Source: Candidatus Microgenomatus sp.
GTDB lineage: Bacteria > Patescibacteriota > Microgenomatia > UBA8517
DNA: 53,850 nt
Assembly (NCBI GenBank): GCA_020724555.1
Contig: DYGT01000001.1
Span: 1 to 53,850 of the forward strand
Reading direction: 5' to 3'
How positions within the stretch are numbered: position 1 is the first letter of the stretch; every line of letters starts with the position of its first letter. The notes beneath the pieces were generated by a model. The model searched no databases. It was not told the DNA's origin and worked only from the letters and a program-made list of their open reading frames with translations. Shown piece by piece: positions 28,836-37,769 of the stretch. The position numbers and the translations under genes were made by a program.

Positions 28836-29056
28836 GATGGACAGGGCGTTCCACTTGCATGCTTAATGCACACCGCCAGCGTTCACCCTGGGCCAGGATC
28901 AAACCCTCAAAAAGTGACGAGAACATGTGTTTACACAGTTCGTCTTTACGCTTTACAGACGCATATTGAATGTCAAAGTACTTAAAAATTCCTCTCACAA
29001 TTACTATTGAAGTTGTTACCCCGCCAAGCGGGGAAGTTAACCTTGTAGTGAAGATA

Positions 29057-29085
29057 ATTATACATGGCATTTCCCGTAAGGTCAA
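29057..29085 (-). promoter_or_regulatory. Sigma70 promoter of 16S
   Basis: TTGACC-17-TATAAT. Confidence 0.85.
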
Positions 29086-29148
29086 TCTGTTATATTGCCG
29101 CCTCGCGGTGGCCGAAACAATTTGCCCGGCCACCTAAGGCGCGACAAC

Positions 29149-29412
29149 TTACTCTTCTTTAGGCGGACGTGCCATCTTAACGATTATGTTTCTTTCCTCT
29201 ACTTCTTTTTGATCCATTTCTTCTATTGCTTTTAAGGCTGATTCCTCTTTTGCGAATTCGACAAAACCAAATCCTTTGGATTTGCCGGTATCACGAAAAG
29301 TAATCACCACAGCATCTGTGATTTCACCAAAGGGGCTAAAAAGCTCTCTGAGTTGTTCATCACGAACAGACCAAGGAAGATTTCCTACGTAAATTTTTTT
29401 ATTGTTTTGCAA
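29149..29412 (-). CDS. RRM RNA-binding protein
   Basis: RNP2 IYVGNL, RNP1 KGFGFVEF; TTG start after GGAGGTGA. Confidence 0.93.
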   Translation of the reverse strand: MQNNKKIYVGNLPWSVRDEQLRELFSPFGEITDAVVITFRDTGKSKGFGFVEFAKEESALKAIEEMDQKEVEERNIIVKMARPPKEE

Positions 29413-29619
29413 ACCTAGCTCACCTCCTCAAATAGTTTTTTAGGAAAAAGAACTATCTGAACAAGTGAATAACTTGAAGAGTCTTTTTCTTACCGAAACT
29501 CATGACTATTCTAACACAAACGTACAAAAAAATCACTTTGCCCTTAAAACAGTCCTTAAGAGGCTCTGGAGAAATACGCCTTATGGAGTTTGCTCATGCA
29601 TAATGTTAAAATACAGCAC

Positions 29620-29691
29620 GGCCCCATCGTCTAGCGGTCAGGACACCGGGCTTTCATCCCGGCAACCAGGGTTCGATTCCCTGTGGGGTCA
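29620..29691 (+). tRNA. tRNA-Glu(TTC)
   Basis: Cloverleaf, CCGGG-CTTTCAT-CCCGG. Confidence 0.96.
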
Positions 29692-30041
29692 CTCACTTTC
29701 AAAATAAACCAATTCAGGAAATACTTGGGCAAGTGTACAGTTTTGCTGTTGTGGATTGCCAAACAAAAGGTAAATTATACCCTCTTTTTTTGAATGATCG
29801 GTAAAAAATACTACCTCCACGTCTTCTACAACTCTCCGGAGTTTTTTCCATGGCTTTGAGCATACCCGCAACTACTTGGGCTTCATAAAAGCTGTTTTCT
29901 TTTTTGTGAACTTATAGAATTTGCTGAAGATTCCGGTTTTTTGTGAGTATAAAAAAGTTTATAATATTATTTCCCACTTTAATTTGCCCATATTTTTGTT
30001 TTGGGGTAAAATATACGAGCCTAACTGGGCCTAATAAACCC

Positions 30042-30113
30042 GGCCCCGTAGCTCAATGGTAGAGCAACAGCCTTTTAAGCTGATGGTTGGAGGTTCGAGC
30101 CCTCCCGGGGTCA
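30042..30113 (+). tRNA. tRNA-Lys(TTT)
   Basis: Cloverleaf, CAGC-CTTTTAA-GCTG. Confidence 0.95.
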
Positions 30114-30229
30114 CAAAAGTACAAAGATTAGCACGTACGCAAAAAGCTAATCAAACCACATCAAACTCAAAAGTTTATAAAAATATTATACTTTAACGAC
30201 AATTACAAATTCGTCGACTAACGGGTTAC

Positions 30230-30547
30230 TTACCAGGATCGGCCACCTCCACGATTTCCACCTTTTCCACCTCGGTTATAATCGTTTCTAGGCCTATCCT
30301 CCATGGGACGAGCCTCATTTACCGCTATTTTTCGTCCTTCGACTTCTGTGTTATTTAATTCTTTAATCGCTTTTTGGGCTTCCTCATCGCTTGACATTTC
30401 CACAAAACCAAAGCCTTTGCTTTGGTTGGTCGTACGATCAACAATAACTTTTGCCGAAACTACTGTACCAATCTTGGTAAACAGTTCTCGCAAACCATCA
30501 TCATCTAATTGATAAGAAAGACCTCCAACGAATAATCTATTTGCTAT
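30230..30547 (-). CDS. RRM RNA-binding protein with Gly-rich tail, probable ATA start
   Basis: RNP2 LFVGGL lies upstream of the called start; an in-frame TGA sits just above ATA 30547; RNP1 KGFGFVEM. Confidence 0.9.
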   Translation of the reverse strand: MANRLFVGGLSYQLDDDGLRELFTKIGTVVSAKVIVDRTTNQSKGFGFVEMSSDEEAQKAIKELNNTEVEGRKIAVNEARPMEDRPRNDYNRGGKGGNRGGGRSW

Positions 30548-30679
30548 TTGTAATCACCACCCTTTTATATATATGTGTTGGTAACGGTTTCTTCTATGAG
30601 TATTTAATATTACATATTTGAAGTACTTAAAAGAAGGTTAACATTAATCCAACATTACAGTAAGTATAACACACTTTAA

Positions 30680-32338
30680 TTATTGGTGGGTCCAGTTGGT
30701 CCACCCCATGTTTTTGCCGAATCCGATGCTTGAGGAGGTCGGAAAATTAGTACCGGCGTAGTAATTTACAAGCCAGGGGATCCAAGCATCATCACTACCC
30801 GGGGTAAAGCCAACTCTATAAAGAATATCCATTGATCGAACTACCGCATTCTCACCTGAATCAAAAGGTACAATACCAGCACGGTGCAAAAGTACAGCTG
30901 TAACAACATACCCCTGCATACCTTCCCACATATACCCGCTTCTGATTGGTGGCCATTGGAAATCAGCAGCTCTACGCCAATCTTCCGGCAGAACTCCAGA
31001 TACATCTTGCCCTTGAATTACTGCTCCTTTGCGGTTTACACCCCATTTATTAGTGAAGTCAGCATGCCAGGTGGTATCCGTACAGTAAAGATTATTAGTA
31101 ACTGCTTCACCAATAAACGCCCTATACGCCCTTGTAACGCGGTCAAGTAGTGCTTCATCATTCAAATAAAGTGCTGCAGCAGCTACAGATGCTCTTGCAT
31201 GACCTCCCCAGTTAGAGGCTGACCTGTAAGCCGTTATCTGAACGTCGCCTAGCCCTGACGGGGAGAGAGGCTGGCCGTAGGTATTACACAATTCTGAACC
31301 GCCGGAATGATATTGACCGGTAGGAGTATTAATCATATCCCGAACCCAACTTTCAAACTGTGGGGTTCGGTAACCGATCAGATCTGCAGCTATTATGTAA
31401 GTCTGTAATCCTCTTGAAAGCTCAAGAGCGCGCGAGATGTCCGAATTCATTGCAGACTGGAGGGCGTTTACTACCTTATCGTGCATCGCACTATCGCCGG
31501 TTCTTGCAGCAACAAGGGCACCTGCTAAAGTATATACGTCGTGATTAGAATTGTTGTCGTCTAGATGTGCAGTTCCCCAACTTGAGTTGGCTGCTGATAA
31601 TAAGTTTTCCCAAGCGGACCCAGAGGTTGGCAATTTAGCCAACTCTTCAGGTGAAATCCATAATCCTTGAGATACACCAGGAGGTGGTGTTGGACCACTG
31701 GTTGGAGTCGGTGTAGGTTTGGCTGTAGCAGTGGGTGTGGGTGTTGTGGTGGGCTTAATTGTGGGTGCGTTTGTTGGTTCAGCATCTGGGTTAAGTACTA
31801 CACTTACTGTTTGACCAGTTTGGATTAAACGGTTTCCTTCCTCTGAAACTACACTTGAATTTTGAGTATTAACGCTTATGTTAACCGTCTGATTTAAACT
31901 TGAAGTCGCACTAGTAAAGCGGAGAGTGGCCAATTGAATACTGCCCGTTGGTAAATTATCACGTTGCGCCGGATCTGCACCCAAAACAAACAGGATTGAC
32001 CCATTTTGATTTGCCTGATTTTGGGTGGAGACTTCTATTTGCCGACCAAACACGTTAGAAACGCTGGGATTTTCACTTAATTGAATTTTGCTCTCATCAA
32101 AATTCACCTCGGTTTTTACATAACCTAATTTGTTCCCATTTGCATTTATACTAACATTAACCACCAATGTCTCCCCTTCTTTAAGCTCACTATTGGAGAC
32201 TTGCAAGCCATATTCTACGTTGGCTGCACGAGATGGTAAAACCCCCATACCAGAAAGTAAAAGGTATAGCCCAACAGCCAAACCAGCAACCATAACAACC
32301 AATATTGCTATTCGTACTTTTTTATTTTTAATCTCCAT
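30680..32338 (-). CDS. Membrane-anchored cohesin-like domain, PT linker and alginate-lyase-like alpha-barrel domain
   Basis: N-terminal TM; cohesin-type VNFDESKIQL...GSIQLATLRF; C-terminal SNWGGH and EDWRR...GY motifs. Confidence 0.6.
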   Translation of the reverse strand: MEIKNKKVRIAILVVMVAGLAVGLYLLLSGMGVLPSRAANVEYGLQVSNSELKEGETLVVNVSINANGNKLGYVKTEVNFDESKIQLSENPSVSNVFGRQIEVSTQNQANQNGSILFVLGADPAQRDNLPTGSIQLATLRFTSATSSLNQTVNISVNTQNSSVVSEEGNRLIQTGQTVSVVLNPDAEPTNAPTIKPTTTPTPTATAKPTPTPTSGPTPPPGVSQGLWISPEELAKLPTSGSAWENLLSAANSSWGTAHLDDNNSNHDVYTLAGALVAARTGDSAMHDKVVNALQSAMNSDISRALELSRGLQTYIIAADLIGYRTPQFESWVRDMINTPTGQYHSGGSELCNTYGQPLSPSGLGDVQITAYRSASNWGGHARASVAAAALYLNDEALLDRVTRAYRAFIGEAVTNNLYCTDTTWHADFTNKWGVNRKGAVIQGQDVSGVLPEDWRRAADFQWPPIRSGYMWEGMQGYVVTAVLLHRAGIVPFDSGENAVVRSMDILYRVGFTPGSDDAWIPWLVNYYAGTNFPTSSSIGFGKNMGWTNWTHQ

Positions 32339-35300
32339 AGACGTTTAACTCCGTATAATTGGCCAGCACCAGAGAGATATCAATAATATTAATTGTTCCA
32401 TCCCAGTTTACATCATATTTTTTGGTTTCCTGAGTGGGTACTACTGATAAGGCTGTATAAGCAGACAATATTGCAGAAACATCTTGAATGTCCAAAATAT
32501 TATCCTCATCAAAGTCTCCAACCAAAACCTGCTCAGCAAAAATAATTTCATTTTCTCCGGCTACCAAAACCACGTTTTCAACTTTCCGACGCAAGTGATA
32601 TGGACCTTTTACATACACATTATAAGTACCCGGAACGATACCTGCGGCTACAAATTCTGCTTCATATCTTCCATCCACCAATCCAAACAAGACATTCTCC
32701 TGAAAAACAGTATCTCCCTCAAACTCAGTCAAAGTAACACCGGTTTTAAGCTGGTGTTGAATCGTACCCTGAGTAATGCCCTGAGCAGAAAAACTTAATT
32801 TTAAAACAACATCCTCAGGCTCAGGGGAAGCAGTAGGAGTGACCTGCGGCGTTGCAGTTGGAGTAGGAGCTGGAGTTGAAGAGGGCCCCACGCTGCTTCC
32901 ATAAGTATGAAGCCAGATAACATAATCCACACCATCCACCACACCATCGCGGTTGAAATCTGCATCCCTTTGGCCACCACTAACATTTTGGTCGCGATTA
33001 TTGTTCCAGATTACAAAATCGTCCTCATCCACATCTCCGTCTAAATCTGCATCTCCAATATATTCACCTAGCGGGCTTTGAGATGGGTTAGGCGTAACAT
33101 TAGTGCCTTCACCTGATATTTCCAAAGCAACTAACGCCCAGTCTGTGGCACTACTAATATTCCCTTCAAGCTGATAGGTATTAGCCTCAGTGACATTTGC
33201 ATAAGAAGCGGAAAGCCCAGCCACATCTCCTCCAGAGCCCGCAGATACTTCAGAAATTTCTTCAAACCCTCCTTGAGCAGAATGGGTTTTATTGCGAATG
33301 GCAACGGCGTTATAGATTATGCCAGTACCACTTGCATCAAAACTTACCGAATAGCTTTCTGAATCTGTTCCACCCGAACAAGCTCCACCCTCACCATTCG
33401 TATTTGCACCCAAGACAGATGTTACCGTGGCAGCATTAAAAACAGAAACTGAGATAACGGCGCTTGAGCGGGAACTGCCCAAATTTGCCGTTACACTACC
33501 ACCCTGAGACTGGCCAACCGCATACCACACGTCCACTCCCGTGGCATTTCTACCTGAACATTGGTAACTTGCTCGCGACCAATTAAGACCCAAGCCATTA
33601 ACAGATTCGACCTGCCCACTGGGCCTGGTGGAAACAGCAGCTATATACAGCAAAGAATTATTAGACGGGGAAAGAGTGCCAGATGACACCAAACTTGCCC
33701 CTTCAGATATACCTGTTACTGTTTGCAAATGAGAGCCACTTGAACCAGACGGCAAAGGTGCACCTGTGGCGGTGGCTGTAGGTGTAGGTAGGTTGGTCGG
33801 CTGATTTGTAGGTGAATTGGTAGGAGTATTGGTTGGCGTTACTCCTCCGGTTCCGCTTGAAGTTTTTTGAACTGTAAATTGGTCAATCACCTGTCCACTA
33901 ATATTTTTAAAGTAACCCTCAGCTTTGTATGGGTCTCCATCTACATTGAATTCGATAAATAAAGCCCCATATTCGGCATTTTGGTCCGAAGTATAGATAC
34001 TGGCCCATTCACCCTTGCAGCCATAGGGGTATGTATCTGGCTGGCACCGATCTTGGTTTCTGATACTATTTCCGCCAAGCCCTGACACAAAAGCAAACGT
34101 TCTCCCCTCAGAAACACACAAAGAATTTGGATCGGAACAGGTTGAATCTACAGTTTGATTTTCAAAGCTAGTAAGCGTCTTTGTACGCTCATAGCTATGT
34201 TCATGGCCGGTGGCAATTATAGCTCCAAAATCCATACAATTTTCATATACATTCCAGCCCATTTCATCGCTTTTTCCACCTACTTGCAGAGCTTTTTGGT
34301 TTTTGTGCCATGAACAAATTTTCCAAATATGATTATCGCTTTGCAGCTGATTTTGAATATATGGAGCATAGGTATTATTCCCCGCAGAGACTCCGTCTTG
34401 GCCCACAAATACCATCTTTAAGCCTTTATAGGTAGTGGTGTACATCTGATCATTAAGGTCCGTGCTATCCGGAGTCACATTCATGGCTTCCATGCGGTCA
34501 ACAAAAAAGTCTGCATAACATCCATCAGAATCTCCGCAGCCAGAATTCCATGAATCCTCGTCGTGGTTACCTACTGACCCTAAATAAGGGAAACTTGACC
34601 CAAGCTCAGAATTTACTACACCAAAAAAGTCATCGGCACGAAGAGAATAGTCAAAATCTCCTTGGTGCAATACCAAATCAGCGCCTTCGCTTTCAATTAA
34701 CCGGAGGACTGAACGAAAATTGCTGCCATATCCAGAGTCACCTATAAAGGCTACTTTTAGGTTAGCCTCGGTTGGGATTTCATCTCCACTGGGCGGATTG
34801 GTTGGGTTAGGTTGACCCGTGGGAGTTGGTATAACTGGTGGTGTAGTTGGTGAAATAGTTGGACCAGGAGTAAATCCACCCCTAGGATCCCAAGCTGTAT
34901 CAATCTCTAAATCTAAAGCGTTTGCGATAGTTTGCCAATTCACCACAGTTAAGGCATCGCTGTTACTGTTGTTGTGGGCCAAAAACATGCCATTTGGGTA
35001 TTTTGAACCAAAGTTGACGTTACTTACATCAATACCGTCGGTATCGCTTACTCCACTTATTCTAAAGGTATCTATATAAGCGTTAGAATTTCGGTCAAAA
35101 ACCATAAATTCATTGTTTCCCTGGTCTGACAAAATCAAATATCCAGTCCCGTCTGACTTGTAATATATTGTTACACCTTCAGCATCATCCCCGGAAAAGC
35201 CATAGTCCCCTTTGCCTAATACCTCCGTTCTACTGCTTGTGCTATCTGTTGGCTCAGCCCCATACCGCCAAAGGGCATTTTCTTCCTCAGCAAAATACAC

Positions 35301-35942
35301 TACCTGATTTTCATAATCGGCGACACAGCCTTCGGTCTGGCCACCAATGTCCCAATCTCGTACAACCGTACCCGTTATTTTTCCAGAAGAATTAGCAGAC
35401 AACTCAAACTGCTCTACTATGCCATTTCCGTAATGATTTAAAAATGCATAAAACTTACCTGAAGCAGGACTTTTGTAAAGACAAACACCATAATTTTCAC
35501 CAGAGGTTTCAATATCTCCATTGTCAATTCTTTCAAGATTGCGGGTTGAGGGATTTACCCGGTAAAAAAGCACCAAATCGGTATTTCGCTCATTTACCGC
35601 TACAATATCTGTGTTAGTTCCATTAACAGGAAAATTATAAGCCAAATCAATGTTGCCAGGTTGCCCCACCCCTGTAATAGTCTGGAGCAAATTCCCGTCC
35701 AGATCCCAGACAAAAATTTTATTCGCATACTTATCTGAACCAATAACAATACTTTTAGTTTTATCACTCGGATGTACCCAAATAGCCATATCATCGATGT
35801 CATCAGCACCGCTTCCTTGTAAAGTGTCTGCGGGAGAAACAGTTGTTTGCGCAAATACTGTTTGAGTAAGCCAGATAAAAGCTAGGATTACAAAAGTAAA
35901 AGTTAATACAGATCGGTAAGATAAGTTAACTTTTTTTGTCAT
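32328..35942 (-). CDS. Secreted beta-propeller phytase + metallophosphoesterase + two dockerin-like modules
   Basis: DDMAIWVHP, GSDK, EGCVAD, SDQG, TDG phytase motifs; GD/GD/GNHD/GHEH phosphoesterase motifs; paired DxDxDG Ca-binding repeats. Confidence 0.82.
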   Translation of the reverse strand: MTKKVNLSYRSVLTFTFVILAFIWLTQTVFAQTTVSPADTLQGSGADDIDDMAIWVHPSDKTKSIVIGSDKYANKIFVWDLDGNLLQTITGVGQPGNIDLAYNFPVNGTNTDIVAVNERNTDLVLFYRVNPSTRNLERIDNGDIETSGENYGVCLYKSPASGKFYAFLNHYGNGIVEQFELSANSSGKITGTVVRDWDIGGQTEGCVADYENQVVYFAEEENALWRYGAEPTDSTSSRTEVLGKGDYGFSGDDAEGVTIYYKSDGTGYLILSDQGNNEFMVFDRNSNAYIDTFRISGVSDTDGIDVSNVNFGSKYPNGMFLAHNNSNSDALTVVNWQTIANALDLEIDTAWDPRGGFTPGPTISPTTPPVIPTPTGQPNPTNPPSGDEIPTEANLKVAFIGDSGYGSNFRSVLRLIESEGADLVLHQGDFDYSLRADDFFGVVNSELGSSFPYLGSVGNHDEDSWNSGCGDSDGCYADFFVDRMEAMNVTPDSTDLNDQMYTTTYKGLKMVFVGQDGVSAGNNTYAPYIQNQLQSDNHIWKICSWHKNQKALQVGGKSDEMGWNVYENCMDFGAIIATGHEHSYERTKTLTSFENQTVDSTCSDPNSLCVSEGRTFAFVSGLGGNSIRNQDRCQPDTYPYGCKGEWASIYTSDQNAEYGALFIEFNVDGDPYKAEGYFKNISGQVIDQFTVQKTSSGTGGVTPTNTPTNSPTNQPTNLPTPTATATGAPLPSGSSGSHLQTVTGISEGASLVSSGTLSPSNNSLLYIAAVSTRPSGQVESVNGLGLNWSRASYQCSGRNATGVDVWYAVGQSQGGSVTANLGSSRSSAVISVSVFNAATVTSVLGANTNGEGGACSGGTDSESYSVSFDASGTGIIYNAVAIRNKTHSAQGGFEEISEVSAGSGGDVAGLSASYANVTEANTYQLEGNISSATDWALVALEISGEGTNVTPNPSQSPLGEYIGDADLDGDVDEDDFVIWNNNRDQNVSGGQRDADFNRDGVVDGVDYVIWLHTYGSSVGPSSTPAPTPTATPQVTPTASPEPEDVVLKLSFSAQGITQGTIQHQLKTGVTLTEFEGDTVFQENVLFGLVDGRYEAEFVAAGIVPGTYNVYVKGPYHLRRKVENVVLVAGENEIIFAEQVLVGDFDEDNILDIQDVSAILSAYTALSVVPTQETKKYDVNWDGTINIIDISLVLANYTELNVYGD

Positions 35943-36436
35943 TTTGCTAAAATTTCTAAATGAATCTCGGTTACACCATCATGATCTTCAAAAAAATAGT
36001 AACGCGTTTCTGACCCTTTTTGAACTGTCAAATAAAGCTCTGCATTTTCTAGATCTAATTCATCTGGATCTATAACTTGCCAGCCATCAGCTGTAAGGCT
36101 GTTATAGTACCAAGTGGCAATATCTGCCGGTGTATCGCCACTTGTCCAGCTTGCCTCATAACTCATACCACCCTCAACTTCTTTAGAATACGATCCTATT
36201 ACATCAGTATTGGGGTAGACTTCCACTTCAGGAAAACCATCTACAAGCCTACCTTCCATGGTTTCCATCCCAGGTTCTTCTAAAGACACAAAACCTTCAT
36301 TTTGGGGCTCTTTTTTGTTAAGAAGCGCCAAAATTGTTAATGCGATCAATGCTAACACTAAAACTGCCGCAAAAATATACAAACCTTTTGTTTTGGACTT
36401 TTCTGAAGTAACAACAGTCTGACTAGTTTCTTCCAT
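35939..36436 (-). CDS. Membrane-anchored hypothetical protein
   Basis: N-terminal TM; FP..VYPN...WY...L...GWQV shared with the neighbouring gene. Confidence 0.75.
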   Translation of the reverse strand: MEETSQTVVTSEKSKTKGLYIFAAVLVLALIALTILALLNKKEPQNEGFVSLEEPGMETMEGRLVDGFPEVEVYPNTDVIGSYSKEVEGGMSYEASWTSGDTPADIATWYYNSLTADGWQVIDPDELDLENAELYLTVQKGSETRYYFFEDHDGVTEIHLEILAK

Positions 36437-36437
36437 A

Positions 36438-36887
36438 TTAATTTCTTTTTACTATAAATAGTTCAACAGGGTCATCATCGTCCCCTGTGTGTTGCGTGTA
36501 AACACTTATTTCTTCCCCGTCACGAGTGGCAATAAAACCAGGCTCGGCAACTTCTGGTGTAATTTCAGATTTATTTTGAACTTGCCATCCTCGGGACTCA
36601 AGTTCACTCACATACCAGCTAATCACTTCATAAGGACTATCGTTAGAAATAATTAACGCTCGGTCTTCGGCTTCCAACCCTCCATTTGATGGTACTTTAC
36701 TATTTGGATACATTGGGAAATCAGATGCAATTTTTTCTACGCCATCGTTCAGATTTACGTTTTCAGAATAACTATTATTTCCCAACCTGAGTAAAAATAA
36801 AATCAACACTAGCACTACTACTAATAGAAGAAATAATCCCAGTCCGATAAATATTCGTTTTTGAGAACTTGTCATCTCTCTTTTCAT
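36438..36887 (-). CDS. Membrane-anchored hypothetical protein, paralogue of 35939-36436
   Basis: TM; DFPMYPNS...WYVSEL..RGWQV. Confidence 0.75.
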   Translation of the reverse strand: MKREMTSSQKRIFIGLGLFLLLVVVLVLILFLLRLGNNSYSENVNLNDGVEKIASDFPMYPNSKVPSNGGLEAEDRALIISNDSPYEVISWYVSELESRGWQVQNKSEITPEVAEPGFIATRDGEEISVYTQHTGDDDDPVELFIVKRN

Positions 36888-36963
36888 TTTCCATTTTCAT
36901 GAGGACTGAGTCAAGCATTAGTTCTAAATTAACGTTTTTGGCACAAATTTGTTACAATATCCT

Positions 36964-37017
36964 TGCCCGGTCGTCTGGCGCGTAGCGCAAAGGAGCGAAG
37001 CGACGCCATGGTAGGAC
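36964..37017 (+). pseudogene. 5' half-copy of tRNA-Gln with a hairpin insertion in the D-loop
   Basis: TGCCCGGTCGTCT[GGCGCGTAGCGCAAAGGAGCGAAGCGACGCC]ATGGTAGGAC. Confidence 0.8.
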
Positions 37018-37028
37018 TGTTACTTTAT

Positions 37029-37099
37029 TGCCCGGTCGTCTAATGGTAGGACAGCGGACTTTGGATCCGCTAATTGGGGTTCGAATCCCTGCCGGGCAG
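37029..37099 (+). tRNA. tRNA-Gln(TTG)
   Basis: Cloverleaf, GCGGA-CTTTGGA-TCCGC. Confidence 0.96.
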
Positions 37100-37126
37100 C
37101 TCACTCCGTTCGCTTACGTCATGGAA

Positions 37127-37172
37127 TTCGAGGAGTGCAAAATTGTTATGCACAGCGAATCCCTGCCGGGTA
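37127..37172 (+). pseudogene. 3' fragment copy of tRNA-Gln with a T-loop insertion
   Basis: TTCGA[GGAGTGCAAAATTGTTATGCACAG]CGAATCCCTGCCGGGTA; 15-nt exact match to the tRNA 3' end. Confidence 0.75.
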
Positions 37173-37181
37173 ACAAATTAA

Positions 37182-37709
37182 TCATTCAAATAAATCTTCA
37201 GGCAAGCCAAACTTAGGCACATCATTATTGTATTTACCAACTCTCGCAATTAAATCCTCTCTCAACCAGAGATAAGCCTCCTTTATTGCTTCTGGGTCGC
37301 CACTCCTATCTGGGTCATATTCTTCTGGCTCGCTTACATCATCCAAGCTAATGGCTACAGCTCTGGCACCTTCTTCAAATTCATCCATAGCCCACCCTTC
37401 TTTGCCTAGTATTACCTTATCCAAACCAATTGCCTTCATATGGTAAAGTACTCTTTGCCACATTATTTTTAAAGCTGGCCAATTGGCAGTTCTTAACTCC
37501 CCGCCAGTTAGCTTATATTCAGATAAAGTTCTTTCCGGGTGATGGATAAAATGTTCCAACGGATCGGCAATGATTGAAGTTATAAATTCAGGGCTACCTT
37601 CATCTTTAAAATTTTCAGGCACAGGCAAAAAAACCAAATTCCTATTAATTACTTCAAATTCATAAGGCGATTGCTTTTCAAACGTCTCGCCACTTTCAAT
37701 ATCAGACAT
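37182..37709 (-). CDS. Acidic hypothetical protein
   Basis: 175-aa ORF with TATAAT 5 nt upstream of ATG. Confidence 0.7.
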   Translation of the reverse strand: MSDIESGETFEKQSPYEFEVINRNLVFLPVPENFKDEGSPEFITSIIADPLEHFIHHPERTLSEYKLTGGELRTANWPALKIMWQRVLYHMKAIGLDKVILGKEGWAMDEFEEGARAVAISLDDVSEPEEYDPDRSGDPEAIKEAYLWLREDLIARVGKYNNDVPKFGLPEDLFE

Positions 37710-37769
37710 AATTTATTATAAACTCTTTAAATTAGCCCAGTTAATAAATAAATGTATTAAGATACAAAT

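Larger units (their letters stand above)
26192..28914 (-). rRNA. rrs: 16S rRNA with two large insertions (ends approximate)
   Basis: 27F-like site, 515/806/926 regions, AAGTCGTAACAAGG, anti-SD GATCACCTCCTTT. Confidence 0.98.

Noticed and set aside
29689..29991. Possible degraded gene between tRNA-Glu and tRNA-Lys
   Set aside because: Only short broken frames with no recognisable motif
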